Translations under genes and position numbers: made by a program
In this document: in pieces, positions 43,001 through 51,274 of the stretch
Layout of the letters: each line of letters begins with the position of its first letter
Position numbering within the stretch: position 1 is the stretch's first letter
Notes under the pieces: model-generated
The model's database searches: none
What the model was told of the DNA's origin: nothing
What the model saw: the letters and a program-made list of their open reading frames with translations, nothing else
DNA from: Pseudomonadota bacterium
GTDB lineage: Bacteria; Myxococcota_A; UBA796; SXON01
DNA: 64,000 nt
Direction: 5' to 3'
Assembly: GCA_030684355.1 (NCBI GenBank)
Contig: JAUXTN010000002.1
Location: forward strand, 28,069 to 92,068

Positions 43001-44081
43001 GTACGACGGCATCGACCAGAACTGCGACGGCCTGTCCGACTACGACCAGGACGGCGACGGCTACGATGACGCCGCCTACGGCGGCCTCGACTGCGACGAC
43101 ACCGCCGCGCTCGTGAACCCCGACGGCATCGAGACGTACTACGACGGCGTCGACGGCAACTGCGACGGCCTGTCCGACTACGACGCCGACGTCGACGGGT
43201 TCGACAGCGACGCCTACGGCGGCGACGACTGTGACGACGCCGACGCGACGACCTACCCGGGCGCGCCCGAGATCCCCGACGGCCTCGACAACGACTGCAA
43301 CGGCACGGTCGAGGACGACGACACCGACGGCGACGGCCTCACCGACGACGAGGAGGCGGTGGTCGGCAGCGACCCGACCGACGCCGACAGCGATGACGAC
43401 GGGCTCTACGACGGCGACGAGGTGGGCGACGACGTGGCCGCCCCCGACGACACCGACGCCGACGGCCTGCCGGACTGGAACGACGCCGACGATGACGCCG
43501 ACGGCATCCCGACCGCGGACGAGGTGGGCGACTACGACCCGACGGACCCCACCGACACCCCCGACGACGTGGACGGCGACGGCACCCCCGACCACGAGGA
43601 CCTCGACTCCGACGCCGACGGCATCGCGGACGCCGACGAGGGGATGGAGGACTTCGACGGCGACGGCCTCGGCGACAGCGAGGACGCCGACGACGACGGC
43701 GACGAGATCCCGACCATCGTGGAGAACGCCGAGGACGCCGACCTGGACGGCGACGCCGATCCGGACGCCGACGGCGACGGCATCCCCAACTACCAGGACA
43801 CCGACTCCGACGGCGACGAGCTCCCCGACCTCGACGAGGGCACGGTGGACGAGGACGGCGACGGCATCGCCGACTACGTCGACCCCGAGGAGAACGACGA
43901 CACGGGCGAGGTCCCGGACGACACCGGCGTCCTCCCGGACGACACCGGCACGCTTCCGACGTGGACGTACGAGGGCGGTGGCGGTTGCGCGTGCTCCCTG
44001 GCCGCCCTGAACCCGACAGGCGGGCTCGCCTTCTTCGCGCTCCTCCCCGCGGCCTTCGCGCTCTTCCGCCGCCGTCGGTGA
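40065..44081 (+). CDS. giant surface protein: signal peptide - C-type lectin domain - ~20 MopE-like 'putative metal-binding' repeats - thrombospondin type-3 repeats - MYXO-CTERM tag (1338 aa)
   Basis: ATG 40065 (MRLLLLLAAFSPSIAAA). CTLD with 'WWMGINDR...GEPND...EDCG...GTWNDEPC...YICE'. Repeated 'DGDGY.S..DCDD.DA..NPGA.E..YDGIDQDCDG'. 'DTDGDGLTDDEE', 'DSDADGIADADE' and similar. C-terminus 'GGGGCACSLAALNPTGGLAFFALLPAAFALFRRRR'. Confidence 0.9.
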   Translation: MRLLLLLAAFSPSIAAAAPWYADSDADGYGDPDDVVNANSAPAGYIADDSDCDDGDAAVNPAGTETCNGYDDDCDGNLDDAGDCACDVETFDGKAYQFCSTARSWTSALAYCEADGYSLATISSAAEDAWMNTEADSRSTAKWWMGINDRTTEGTFRWADGSTTALYTNWHSGEPNDSGSNEDCGQHNRYTDGTWNDEPCTSSFYYICEYGELLSIYTDADGDGYGDDGAAAVTSSDVPSGYADNNDDCDDSTTSVSPAATEIWYDGIDQDCDGNDADQDLDGYDATSEGGTDCDDTDASAYPGAPETAYDGIDQDCSGADLTDVDGDGWDAGDDCDDTDAAINPDAAESYYDGVDQDCDGGSDYDADGDGYDSDAYGGDDCDDADASINPGALDIPYDGIDQNCNGSDGIVDADGDGYNSTVDCDDSDAGVNPGEAEVWYDGTDQDCDGNDGDQDGDGDDATSVGGTDCDDTDATINDGAVDIPYDGIDQDCDGSDATIDADGDGYVSTVDCDDSNALANPGATDTPYDGIDQDCDGSDAEVDADGDGYNSLDDCDDADASVHPGATDIAYDGIDQDCDGADATVDTDGDGYDSSVDCDDTDAGINPGEAEIPYDGIDQDCDGADGVVDADGDGFDSLSDCDDTDATVNPDAAEAWYDGVDQDCSGGSDYDQDGDGQDAPGGGGLDCDDTDATAYDGAVENWYDGVDQDCDGGSDYDADGDGFDSASYGGDDCNDGDASINPDAFDDSSDTIDQDCSGDASHDADADGYTDAAWGGDDCDDANSSVNPGQVEAWYDGLDADCDGGSDFDQDGDGFDSADYGGTDCDDLDAATNPGATEVWYDGADADCDGASDYDADADGEDSSDYGGTDCDDTDEFVNAASPEAWYDGVDGNCDGLSDYDADGDGYDSITYGGTDCNDGSATTWPGAPDDAADGIDQDCSGDDNHDADGDGYEDVAEGGDDCDDANSDVRPGAVEVWYDGIDQNCDGLSDYDQDGDGYDDAAYGGLDCDDTAALVNPDGIETYYDGVDGNCDGLSDYDADVDGFDSDAYGGDDCDDADATTYPGAPEIPDGLDNDCNGTVEDDDTDGDGLTDDEEAVVGSDPTDADSDDDGLYDGDEVGDDVAAPDDTDADGLPDWNDADDDADGIPTADEVGDYDPTDPTDTPDDVDGDGTPDHEDLDSDADGIADADEGMEDFDGDGLGDSEDADDDGDEIPTIVENAEDADLDGDADPDADGDGIPNYQDTDSDGDELPDLDEGTVDEDGDGIADYVDPEENDDTGEVPDDTGVLPDDTGTLPTWTYEGGGGCACSLAALNPTGGLAFFALLPAAFALFRRRR
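40711..43305 (+). repeat. in-frame array of ~19 degenerate 36-46-codon repeats (MopE-like Cys/Asp motif)
   Basis: I counted the recurring '...NP(G/D)A.E.(W/P/Y)YDG(I/V)DQ(D/N)C(D/S/N)G' units in the translation. A further copy lies N-terminal to the lectin domain. Confidence 0.85.
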
Positions 44082-44115
44082 CGCGGCGGGTTCCCCGCGG
44101 CTACAGTGAGGCAGG

Positions 44116-45984
44116 ATGCGCGTCGAGCTGAAGCAGGGCGGCGAGCTCCACCTCGCCGACGTGGACGTGGAGGAGGAGGTGCGCCGCGCCCGGCTCTACG
44201 CCGAGGACCAGGTGCGCCACCCGCCGTGGACCGGCGACCAGCTCCGCAAGCTCGGTGACATCCCGCAGCTCGACGACGCCTTCGACAGCCCCGACGCGCG
44301 CTTCGCGGCCTTCGTCCGGGCGCGGCGCGTCCCGTGGGGCACGCTCGCCATCGTCGCGGCGATCGCGGCCGCCGGCGCGCTGCAGCTCGGCGCGATGTTC
44401 CTCGGCACGTTCACGCCCGACCTCGGCGCGCGCATCGACGGCGCCGTGCTCCGCGGGGCCACCGGCTACGAGCCGCTCCTGCTCGACGGCGCGTGGTGGA
44501 CCCCCTGGACCTCGCAGTTCCTCCATGCGGGCCTCCTCCACCTCGTCGCGAACCTCCCGGTGCTCGCCTACTGCGGCTTCCGCGTGGAGCGCGCCCTCGG
44601 CATCGGCGGGCTCGCGGCCGTCGGCGCCGCCGCGGTCCTCGGGGGGACGACCTTCGTGACGGCGCTCGGGGCCCTGCCCGTCCTGGGGGCCTCCATCCTG
44701 GCGTACGGGTTCTGGGGCGCCCAGATCGCGATCGGTTTTCGTGCCGGGGACGCCGTCCCGCCGGGGTGGCGGGGCTTCTACGGGTGGGGCAACCTCGTGC
44801 TCTTCGTGCCGCTCTTCGTGGCGGGCCTGGGCGCGGAGGGGGTCTCCCACCTCGGCCACGTCGGGGGGCTCGTCGGCGGCATCCTCGTCGCCTGCCTGCT
44901 CCCGGCCGAGTCCTTCGCGCCACGCGCCCAGGCGCTCGCCCGCCGCGCGAGCAGCCTCCGCCTCGCCGCCGTGCTCGGCGCGCTCCCGATGCTGGTGGGG
45001 CCCGCCGTCGCCCGGCTCGCCCCCGCGCTCTCGATGCCGGGCGAGGCCGTCGAGGTCCGCGGCGCGGGCGTCTCCCTCGAGCTGCCGTGGCGCATGGCGG
45101 ACAACCCCGTCCGCGTCGGCGGGATGCCCGGGTGGCTCGTGTCCCACAACCACGACGAGCCGGTGTTCTGCGGGCTCGCGCGACTCGGGGAGGCCCAGGA
45201 TCCCGGCGACATCGTGTTCGTGGACAGCTGGGCCGACACGCTCGACGCCGAGGTCACGCCCACCGACCCGCCGCCGCCCTTGCGCCCCGGGTTCGTCGCC
45301 CGCGCGTTCCTCGTCACCGACCCGGCCACCGGCGCGGTCATCGGGCGCATCGTCGAGCACGACCTCCGCCGCGGCGTGTGGCTCCTCCGCGCGGGCTACC
45401 ACCTCCAGGAGCACGGCGACCCCGACGTGGGCCGCGAGGCCCTCTACCGCCACGTGCTCGACACCCTCGTCGTCGGGGACCCTCCCGCGCTCGCGGAGGC
45501 CCGGCGCGAACGGGAGCTCTACCCCCGCGACCCCGAGCGCACCTGGACGTTCGGGCGCGAGCTCTCCCGCGCCGGGGCCTACGCCGAGGCCGACGCCATC
45601 TGGGTGGAGCTCGGTGCCCGCGTGGACGGGTGGGAGTGGGAGGCCGCGCAGGCGCGGGCGCGGATGTGGGCGGACCTCGCGACCAACGGCGAGGAGCCCG
45701 TGCTCGACACGCTCGAGCCGGCCGAGGCGCGGGACGCGTGGCTCGGCGCGTGGCTCGCGAGGGCCACCGTGGCGCACGCGGAGCTCCACAAGCAGGGCGT
45801 GCGCTACCTCGTCGCGCGCGGGCAGTGCGAAGCCGCGCGGGCGCACCGGGCTGCGGTCGAGGGGAGGGGCCCCGACGAGGCGCTCCGGACGACGCTGGAG
45901 GCCGCATTCGCCCCCTGCGCGGCCGACCCCGCGATCACCGAGGTTCCAGCCGTGGGACTTCCGGGCCCGGCCATCGGACGGTAG
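44116..45984 (+). CDS. rhomboid-family intramembrane serine protease with ~350-aa C-terminal extension
   Basis: 'WWTPWTSQFLHAGLLHLVANL' (H..xN), 'LGASILAYGFWG' (catalytic Ser context), 'SHLGHVGGLVGGILVA' (catalytic His, GxxxG). Starts 34 nt after the MYXO-CTERM protein. Confidence 0.8.
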   Translation: MRVELKQGGELHLADVDVEEEVRRARLYAEDQVRHPPWTGDQLRKLGDIPQLDDAFDSPDARFAAFVRARRVPWGTLAIVAAIAAAGALQLGAMFLGTFTPDLGARIDGAVLRGATGYEPLLLDGAWWTPWTSQFLHAGLLHLVANLPVLAYCGFRVERALGIGGLAAVGAAAVLGGTTFVTALGALPVLGASILAYGFWGAQIAIGFRAGDAVPPGWRGFYGWGNLVLFVPLFVAGLGAEGVSHLGHVGGLVGGILVACLLPAESFAPRAQALARRASSLRLAAVLGALPMLVGPAVARLAPALSMPGEAVEVRGAGVSLELPWRMADNPVRVGGMPGWLVSHNHDEPVFCGLARLGEAQDPGDIVFVDSWADTLDAEVTPTDPPPPLRPGFVARAFLVTDPATGAVIGRIVEHDLRRGVWLLRAGYHLQEHGDPDVGREALYRHVLDTLVVGDPPALAEARRERELYPRDPERTWTFGRELSRAGAYAEADAIWVELGARVDGWEWEAAQARARMWADLATNGEEPVLDTLEPAEARDAWLGAWLARATVAHAELHKQGVRYLVARGQCEAARAHRAAVEGRGPDEALRTTLEAAFAPCAADPAITEVPAVGLPGPAIGR

Positions 45985-46018
45985 CGCGGCGGGCCGCCCG
46001 GGGACTACGGTGCCGCGC

Positions 46019-47041
46019 ATGTCGGCGAACGCGACCCCCTCACTGCATGATGGAGATCCCGGCTCGGGCCGTCCCCGCATGCCGCTCCGGCGCCGGCTCG
46101 TCTTCGCGGCGATCCTGCTCGCGATCGTCCTCGCCGGTGGCGAGGGCGTCCTCCGGCTCACGCTGCCGACCGCGCGCCGCGTGTCGCTCCCGAACGAGAT
46201 GATCGAGGCGCACCTCGCCGGCGCCGCGTTCCGCTACGACCCCGATCTCTACTGGTACTGGCCCGATCCGCTCGGCGGCTCGGGCTCGCCGGTCAACCAG
46301 TACGGGTTCGTGCGCGCCAAACCCATGACGATGGAGAAGCCCGCGGGCGTCACCCGCGTCGTCACGTTCGGGGACAGCCAGACCTTCGGCGCGGGCATGC
46401 CGCCGGAGCACACCTACTCGGCGTTCGCGGAGGCGGCGCTCGGGGAGGGGTGGGAGGTCCTCAACGCGGGCATCAGCGGCTACCGGACGCTCAACGTGTA
46501 CCGCCTCCTCCAGCTCCGCATCGAGGCCTTCGACCCCGACGCCATCGTCATCGACTGCATGCCGTACGACAGCCCGAGAGACGACGGTCCCATCCAGGGC
46601 AAGCGGCTCGGGGGCACCGCGCTCGACCTCGCGCGGGGCGTCCTCTGGAACAGCCGGCTCTACTACGTGCTCCGCCTCGGGATGGAGGTGGCGAACCCCA
46701 ACCGTCCGCGGTGGCTCGACGACACGAAGCCGGGCGCGCCGATGCCCAGGGAGGCCCTCGGCAACCACGCGCTCATCGCCGAGTGGGGCCGCGAGCACGG
46801 TGTCGAGGTCTTCTTCATGGAATACCCGATCATGAACGAGCAGCTGCACTACGGCTGCATGACGGGCGCGGGCGAGCTCCCCACGGGGAACCGCATCATC
46901 TCGACGTGCACGCGCCTCCCGACGATGGGTAGGCCCGCCGAGGCGCTCTTCCAGGACCGCAACCACCTCACGGAGGAGGGGAACCGGCTCGTGGGCGGCA
47001 TCGTGGCGGACGCGCTCCGGGAGTGGCGCCCGGCGGAGTAG
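46019..47041 (+). CDS. SGNH/GDSL-family hydrolase with N-terminal membrane anchor (alternative start 46079)
   Basis: 'RRRLVFAAILLAIVLAGG' is the anchor. 'RVVTFGDSQTFG' (block I GDS), 'LNAGISGY' (block II), 'FQDRNHLTEEGN' (block V D..H). Confidence 0.75.
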   Translation: MSANATPSLHDGDPGSGRPRMPLRRRLVFAAILLAIVLAGGEGVLRLTLPTARRVSLPNEMIEAHLAGAAFRYDPDLYWYWPDPLGGSGSPVNQYGFVRAKPMTMEKPAGVTRVVTFGDSQTFGAGMPPEHTYSAFAEAALGEGWEVLNAGISGYRTLNVYRLLQLRIEAFDPDAIVIDCMPYDSPRDDGPIQGKRLGGTALDLARGVLWNSRLYYVLRLGMEVANPNRPRWLDDTKPGAPMPREALGNHALIAEWGREHGVEVFFMEYPIMNEQLHYGCMTGAGELPTGNRIISTCTRLPTMGRPAEALFQDRNHLTEEGNRLVGGIVADALREWRPAE

Positions 47042-47084
47042 GGGCCCGGTCGCTGGCGACGCGAGGGGCGCGACGCGAGCGCGA

Positions 47085-48560
47085 TCAACGCGACGCGAGC
47101 GCGGCCTCCGCCACCTTCACGCCGCCGATCGCGGTCGCGAGCGTGCTCTGGCCGGGGAACACGCTGTCGCCGACCATCCAGAGCCCGGGGAGCACGGCGG
47201 TCGGCCACAGGTCCCGGTAGTGGGCGAGGCCGGCGCGCCGGGGGATGCCGCCGACGAGGCCCTCCGGGCGGCGCGTGAAGCGGGCGAAGGTGCGCGGGCT
47301 CGCGGGCAGCACCTCGCGGATGCCGGCGGCGAGGTCGGGCGCCAGCGCCCGGAGGCCGGTGCGCATGTGGTCCTGGACGGTCTGCACGGCGGCCGCCTGC
47401 ACGTCGCGCGGCTGGCCGCGGAGGCGGGAGACGGGGAAGTGGGTCGAGACGGTCGCGGTGCGGGCGCGCTCGACGCCCTCCGCGGCCTCATCCACCGCGC
47501 CGACGGAGCAGAAGAGGTGGTTGCCGTCGAGGAACGGGCGGTCGAGGTCCTGCACGAGCTCGAGGTGGTGCGCGCCGGCGCGCTCGAGCGAGGCGGGGTC
47601 GATCACGAGGTAGAGCATGGTGGCGCTCCACCCCTCCGCGACACGCGCCGCGAGGGCGTCGAGCCGCGGCACGGGGGTGGGGCCGAGCATCGCGGACAGG
47701 GCCTGCGGGAGCAGGTTCGCGACGACGATCGGCGCGCGGAGCGGCCCGTCGCGGCCCTCGACCACCCAGCGGTCGCCGTCGCGGGCGAGGCCCTTCGCGC
47801 GGCACGCGTAGCGCACGGACCCGCCGAGCCCCTGGACCGCTGCGCCCATGGCGTCCGCGAGCCGGCCGACGCCGCCGTGCACGTGGCGGGTGCCGCGGAA
47901 GCAGAAGTCGATCGCGGAGAGCGCGAGGGGCGCCTCGGCTTCGCGCACGCCCACCTGAACGGTGATCTGGCAGAGGGCGTCGAGCCACGCCACCAGCGGC
48001 TTCCAGTCGAGGAGGCCATGCCGGGCGAGCACGTCCGAGAGGGGACGGCCGGCGTAGCGGAGGAGGCCGGTGAGCGCGGGGAGGCGACGGAGGTGGGTCG
48101 CGAGGGCGCCGGGCGCGAAGGGCGGGAGGAGGCCGGGGTCGTCGAAGCAGGGCCAGAGGAGGTCGGCGACGCGGGCCTGCTCGGCGAAGAAGGCCCGCAC
48201 GGCCGGCACGGGCGCGCCGGGGAAGGCGCAGAGACGGGCGATCAGGAGGTCCCGATCCGGCGGGACGTCGAGCGCGAGGCCGGGCGCGCGGAACGAGATG
48301 ACGGGGTCCACGCGGTCGAGGCGCACGTCCATGCCGTGGCGCGCGATCCAGCGCGCGAAGAGCTGGCCCTCGTCGAAGCCGGCGAACAGGGTGGCGCCGG
48401 ACTCGAAGCGGTGGCCGTGCTTCGTGAACGTGCTCGCGCAGCCCCCGGGGTAGGTCAGGGCCTCCAGGAGCGCGACGCGGGCGCCTCGCTCGGCGAGGGT
48501 GAGCGCCGCGCCGAGGCCGCCGAACCCGGCGCCGATGACGATGGCGTCGAGGTCTTCCAC
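47085..48560 (-). CDS. FAD-dependent oxidoreductase of the phytoene desaturase (CrtI/CrtD) family
   Basis: 'DAIVIGAGFGGLGAALTLAERGARVALLEALTYPGG' is the dinucleotide-binding motif. C-terminal 'GLWMVGDSVFPGQSTLATAIGG'. Confidence 0.8.
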   Translation of the reverse strand: MEDLDAIVIGAGFGGLGAALTLAERGARVALLEALTYPGGCASTFTKHGHRFESGATLFAGFDEGQLFARWIARHGMDVRLDRVDPVISFRAPGLALDVPPDRDLLIARLCAFPGAPVPAVRAFFAEQARVADLLWPCFDDPGLLPPFAPGALATHLRRLPALTGLLRYAGRPLSDVLARHGLLDWKPLVAWLDALCQITVQVGVREAEAPLALSAIDFCFRGTRHVHGGVGRLADAMGAAVQGLGGSVRYACRAKGLARDGDRWVVEGRDGPLRAPIVVANLLPQALSAMLGPTPVPRLDALAARVAEGWSATMLYLVIDPASLERAGAHHLELVQDLDRPFLDGNHLFCSVGAVDEAAEGVERARTATVSTHFPVSRLRGQPRDVQAAAVQTVQDHMRTGLRALAPDLAAGIREVLPASPRTFARFTRRPEGLVGGIPRRAGLAHYRDLWPTAVLPGLWMVGDSVFPGQSTLATAIGGVKVAEAALASR

Positions 48561-48569
48561 CGGTGCGGC

Positions 48570-50363
48570 TTATCCGACGACGAGGCGGGCCGCCTTCACC
48601 GGGTGGTCGAGCCCCTTGAGCACGGCGTCGAAGTGCTCGGAGACGCGCGCGCCGGCGAGCCACCCGGCCGCCTCCGCGCGGGCGGCGAGCTCGTCGGTCA
48701 CGACGATCTCCCGCTCGTGGGCGGCCCCCTGGAGGCGCGCGGCCACGTTCACCGTCTGGCCGAAGTAGTCGAGCACGCCATTTGCGGTCACGACGTACGC
48801 GGGGCCGACGTGCACGCCGACCTTCAGCATCGTGTCGGTGCTGTCGGGGCGCGGCTCGCGGAAGGCGTCCCACGCGGTCTGCATGGCGATGCCGGCGCGG
48901 AGGGCGGCGCCCTCGTCCTCGAAGGCCGCCATCACGGCGTCCCCGATGGTCTTCACCACGACGCCGCCCTCGGCGGCGATCTTCTCGCGGAGCAGCTCGA
49001 AGTGGTCCTGCACGAGGCGGAACGCCGGGGCGTCGCCGACGCGGCTGTAGAGCGCGGTGGAGGCGGACAGGTCGCTGAAGAGCAGCGCGACGCGGGCGAC
49101 GCGGAGCTGGCGGCCGGGGCCCAGCACCTCGCCGGAGAACGTGCGGCGGAACCGTGGCTGCAAGCTCAACTTGTGGGCGGTGGCGGCGCGCTCGGCCCAG
49201 GCGACGTGCTCCAGCTTCGCGTGGCGCGCGGACCCGCCGACCTGGCGCACGACGATCGTGGCGCCGGGGGCCACGCGCGCGCTCGCGGGGGTGAGCACCG
49301 GGGTGGCCTCCAGCGTCACCTCCGTGGCGCCGTCCGCCACGACCACGATCTCCGCGGTGGCCCCGCCCCGCACGAACACGCGGTAGCGGCCCTCCGCGGG
49401 GGCGCGGAAGCGCGCCTCGCCGTCGCGTGCGAGGTGGGCCTGCGCGAGCACGTGGGGCGTCGACGAGGGGCCGCCCGTGCAGTACGGGCGCGGCTCTACC
49501 AGCCGGAGCGCGGCCGCGGGCTGGAAGATGGCCTCGACCGAGCGGTCGAGCGGGACCTCGAAGCCGATGTCGCAGAACGTGCAGTGGCCGTTGGCGGTGA
49601 GGTCGTAGAGGTGCTCGACGCGGCTCGCGCCGGTGCGGCAGGACGGGCAGATGAGGTCCCAGTGCATCTGGAGGAGCCCCACGACCACGGCCTCGAGGCA
49701 GACGGCGAGCAGGCGATCGCGGGGCTCGCCCCACTGGTCGGCGAGCTCGTAGGGTCGGATGTGCATGACGTCGATGTCCGGCGCGACCGCCACCCACGCG
49801 CCGAGCCGCCGCGCGAGCGCCTGCTCGTCGGCGCCCACCACCGCGACGAGGGCGTCGGTGGCGCGCGTGAAGCCCTCCGAGACGGGGCCCGGCGCCGTGG
49901 GGACCGGGGGCGCCAGGATCGAGGCGTCGAACGCGCGGGTGGCGGCGAGGACCGTGTTCATGCGCCACTCGCCGACGAGCCGGGTGATCGGCGCGAGGAG
50001 CGCGAGCCGCACGGTGAAGACGAGGCGCCACACCACGCGGGAGCCGCCGCCTTCCCCGGGGTGGACCTCCAACCCCATCACGAGGCTGTGCAGCACGCCC
50101 TGGGTCATGTTGCGCCGCACGACGAAGCTGTCGGGGGAGTGCCACTCGAACGGCTCTTCGTCGTACTCCGCGGGGAACCCGTCGAGCTTCGTCCGCACCC
50201 GGTAGCGCTCGCTCCCCGCGCCCTCGATCGGCGTGAGCTCGAGCGGCGCCATCCCGACGATGCGGTTGAGCCGGGCGGTGTCCGCCAGCAGCGGCCAGAG
50301 CGTCTCCGGCGGGGCCGTGCACGCCACTTCGCGCTCGATCTCCACGGTCTTCATGCGCCGCAC
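48570..50363 (-). CDS. class III adenylate/guanylate cyclase with N-terminal SRPBCC-like and central Cys-containing (DUF5939-like) domains
   Basis: C-terminal 'VALLFSDLSASTALYSRVGDAPAFRLVQDHF...VVKTIGDAVMAAF...KVGVHVGPAYVV...DYFGQTVNVAARL'. Middle 'WDLICPSCR...GHCTFCDI'. Confidence 0.85.
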   Translation of the reverse strand: MRRMKTVEIEREVACTAPPETLWPLLADTARLNRIVGMAPLELTPIEGAGSERYRVRTKLDGFPAEYDEEPFEWHSPDSFVVRRNMTQGVLHSLVMGLEVHPGEGGGSRVVWRLVFTVRLALLAPITRLVGEWRMNTVLAATRAFDASILAPPVPTAPGPVSEGFTRATDALVAVVGADEQALARRLGAWVAVAPDIDVMHIRPYELADQWGEPRDRLLAVCLEAVVVGLLQMHWDLICPSCRTGASRVEHLYDLTANGHCTFCDIGFEVPLDRSVEAIFQPAAALRLVEPRPYCTGGPSSTPHVLAQAHLARDGEARFRAPAEGRYRVFVRGGATAEIVVVADGATEVTLEATPVLTPASARVAPGATIVVRQVGGSARHAKLEHVAWAERAATAHKLSLQPRFRRTFSGEVLGPGRQLRVARVALLFSDLSASTALYSRVGDAPAFRLVQDHFELLREKIAAEGGVVVKTIGDAVMAAFEDEGAALRAGIAMQTAWDAFREPRPDSTDTMLKVGVHVGPAYVVTANGVLDYFGQTVNVAARLQGAAHEREIVVTDELAARAEAAGWLAGARVSEHFDAVLKGLDHPVKAARLVVG

Positions 50364-50417
50364 GGTACCGCATTGCCGGGCGGCCGCGGTGCGGATCCGT
50401 CGACCAGGCTCGCCTGC

Positions 50418-50891
50418 CTACCCCTCGATCTTCGCGTCCTCGCACGCCGCGGGGGCGGTGGGATCGAGGTCGTGGCTCTTCAGGTAGGCGCCGTTCGCGT
50501 AGGTGCCGGGGTTGTCCAGGAAGAGCTTCTCGCAGCTGTCGCAGCAGAAGTAGTACCGGACGTGCTCGTGGTCCGCGTAGGACACGGCGTCCTCGGCCTT
50601 GTCGATCGCCATCCCCATCACGGGGCAGGCGACCGCGCCCGCGCCGTTGCGGAAGGCGGCGGGCACCTCGCTCGCGGCGTTCGCCGAGGCGATCGCGCCA
50701 TCGGCCAGCGGGACCTTGGCCCAGGCCTCGCCCAGCGCGGGCTCGCCTGCCGGGGGCGTCAGCGCCGGCGTCGGGGCCACGGGGGCGCTCGGAGCCGCGG
50801 CCGTCGGTTCGGACGCGCCGCACCCGACGAGGAGCGGAGAGGCGAGGAGCGTGGAGGCGAGGAGGACGGCGACGAGGGAGGCGCGTTGCAT
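50418..50891 (-). CDS. lipoprotein with YHS (TRASH-like metal-binding) domain
   Basis: 'LLASPLLVGC' is a lipobox. 'CPVMGMAIDKAEDAVSYADHEHVRYYFCCDSCEKLFLDNP' matches the YHS pattern. Confidence 0.75.
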   Translation of the reverse strand: MQRASLVAVLLASTLLASPLLVGCGASEPTAAAPSAPVAPTPALTPPAGEPALGEAWAKVPLADGAIASANAASEVPAAFRNGAGAVACPVMGMAIDKAEDAVSYADHEHVRYYFCCDSCEKLFLDNPGTYANGAYLKSHDLDPTAPAACEDAKIEG

Positions 50892-50924
50892 CGGACCCTC
50901 GTAACTTCTCGTGTCCCCCCGGAC

Positions 50925-51230
50925 CTACAGGTCGGTACCGCAGCGCCAGCACAGCTCGAAGGCGGGCGGGTTCTCCTCGCCGCACTTCGGGCAGGTGTGC
51001 GGCGGCCCCTCGCCGGCGGCATCCACCTCGGCGAGCAGCGTGGTCGCCAGGAGGAGCTGCTCGCTCACCACCCAGACCTCGACCCGCGCGTCGGCGAAGG
51101 GGATCTCGCCGGCCAGCGGGGCCCGGGATTCGCCGCGAACCTCGGAGGCGACCCCCCCGCGCATCAGCTCGGTGTTGACGAGGTGCGCTTCCGGCAGGGA
51201 GCGACAGGTGCGAAAACGGACCCAGTTCAT
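50925..51230 (-). CDS. DUF2007-like small protein with C-terminal zinc ribbon (101 aa)
   Basis: ATG 51230. 'MNWVRFRTCRSLPEAHLVNTELMRGGV' resembles the DUF2007 (putative signal-transducing) N-terminus. 'CPKCGEENPPAFELCWRCG' is CxxC-N10-CxxC. This is the only credible part of the 1746-codon minus ORF. Confidence 0.65.
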   Translation of the reverse strand: MNWVRFRTCRSLPEAHLVNTELMRGGVASEVRGESRAPLAGEIPFADARVEVWVVSEQLLLATTLLAEVDAAGEGPPHTCPKCGEENPPAFELCWRCGTDL

Positions 51231-51274
51231 TCGGCCGAGCGATCTAACCCGGCGCCGCTCCGCGGTCCCGACCC

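Noticed and set aside
40711-43305. Possible CRISPR, tandem mobile-element or assembly-duplication signal from the ~110-130-nt periodicity
   Set aside because: The repeats are degenerate at the nucleotide level and conserved at the protein level (Cys/Asp motif). They have variable length, lie in a single open frame, and have no unique spacers or flanking cas or transposase genes.
39900-43595. Upstream 1230 codons of the 1525-codon minus-strand ORF 39018..43595
   Set aside because: - It is antisense to the Asp/Gly-rich repeat protein. GAC/GGC/GAT codons read as GTC/GCC/ATC on the opposite strand, so no stops arise.
- The translation is a monotonous Val/Ala/Gly string.
- Only 39018-39899, which has its own lipobox start, is kept.
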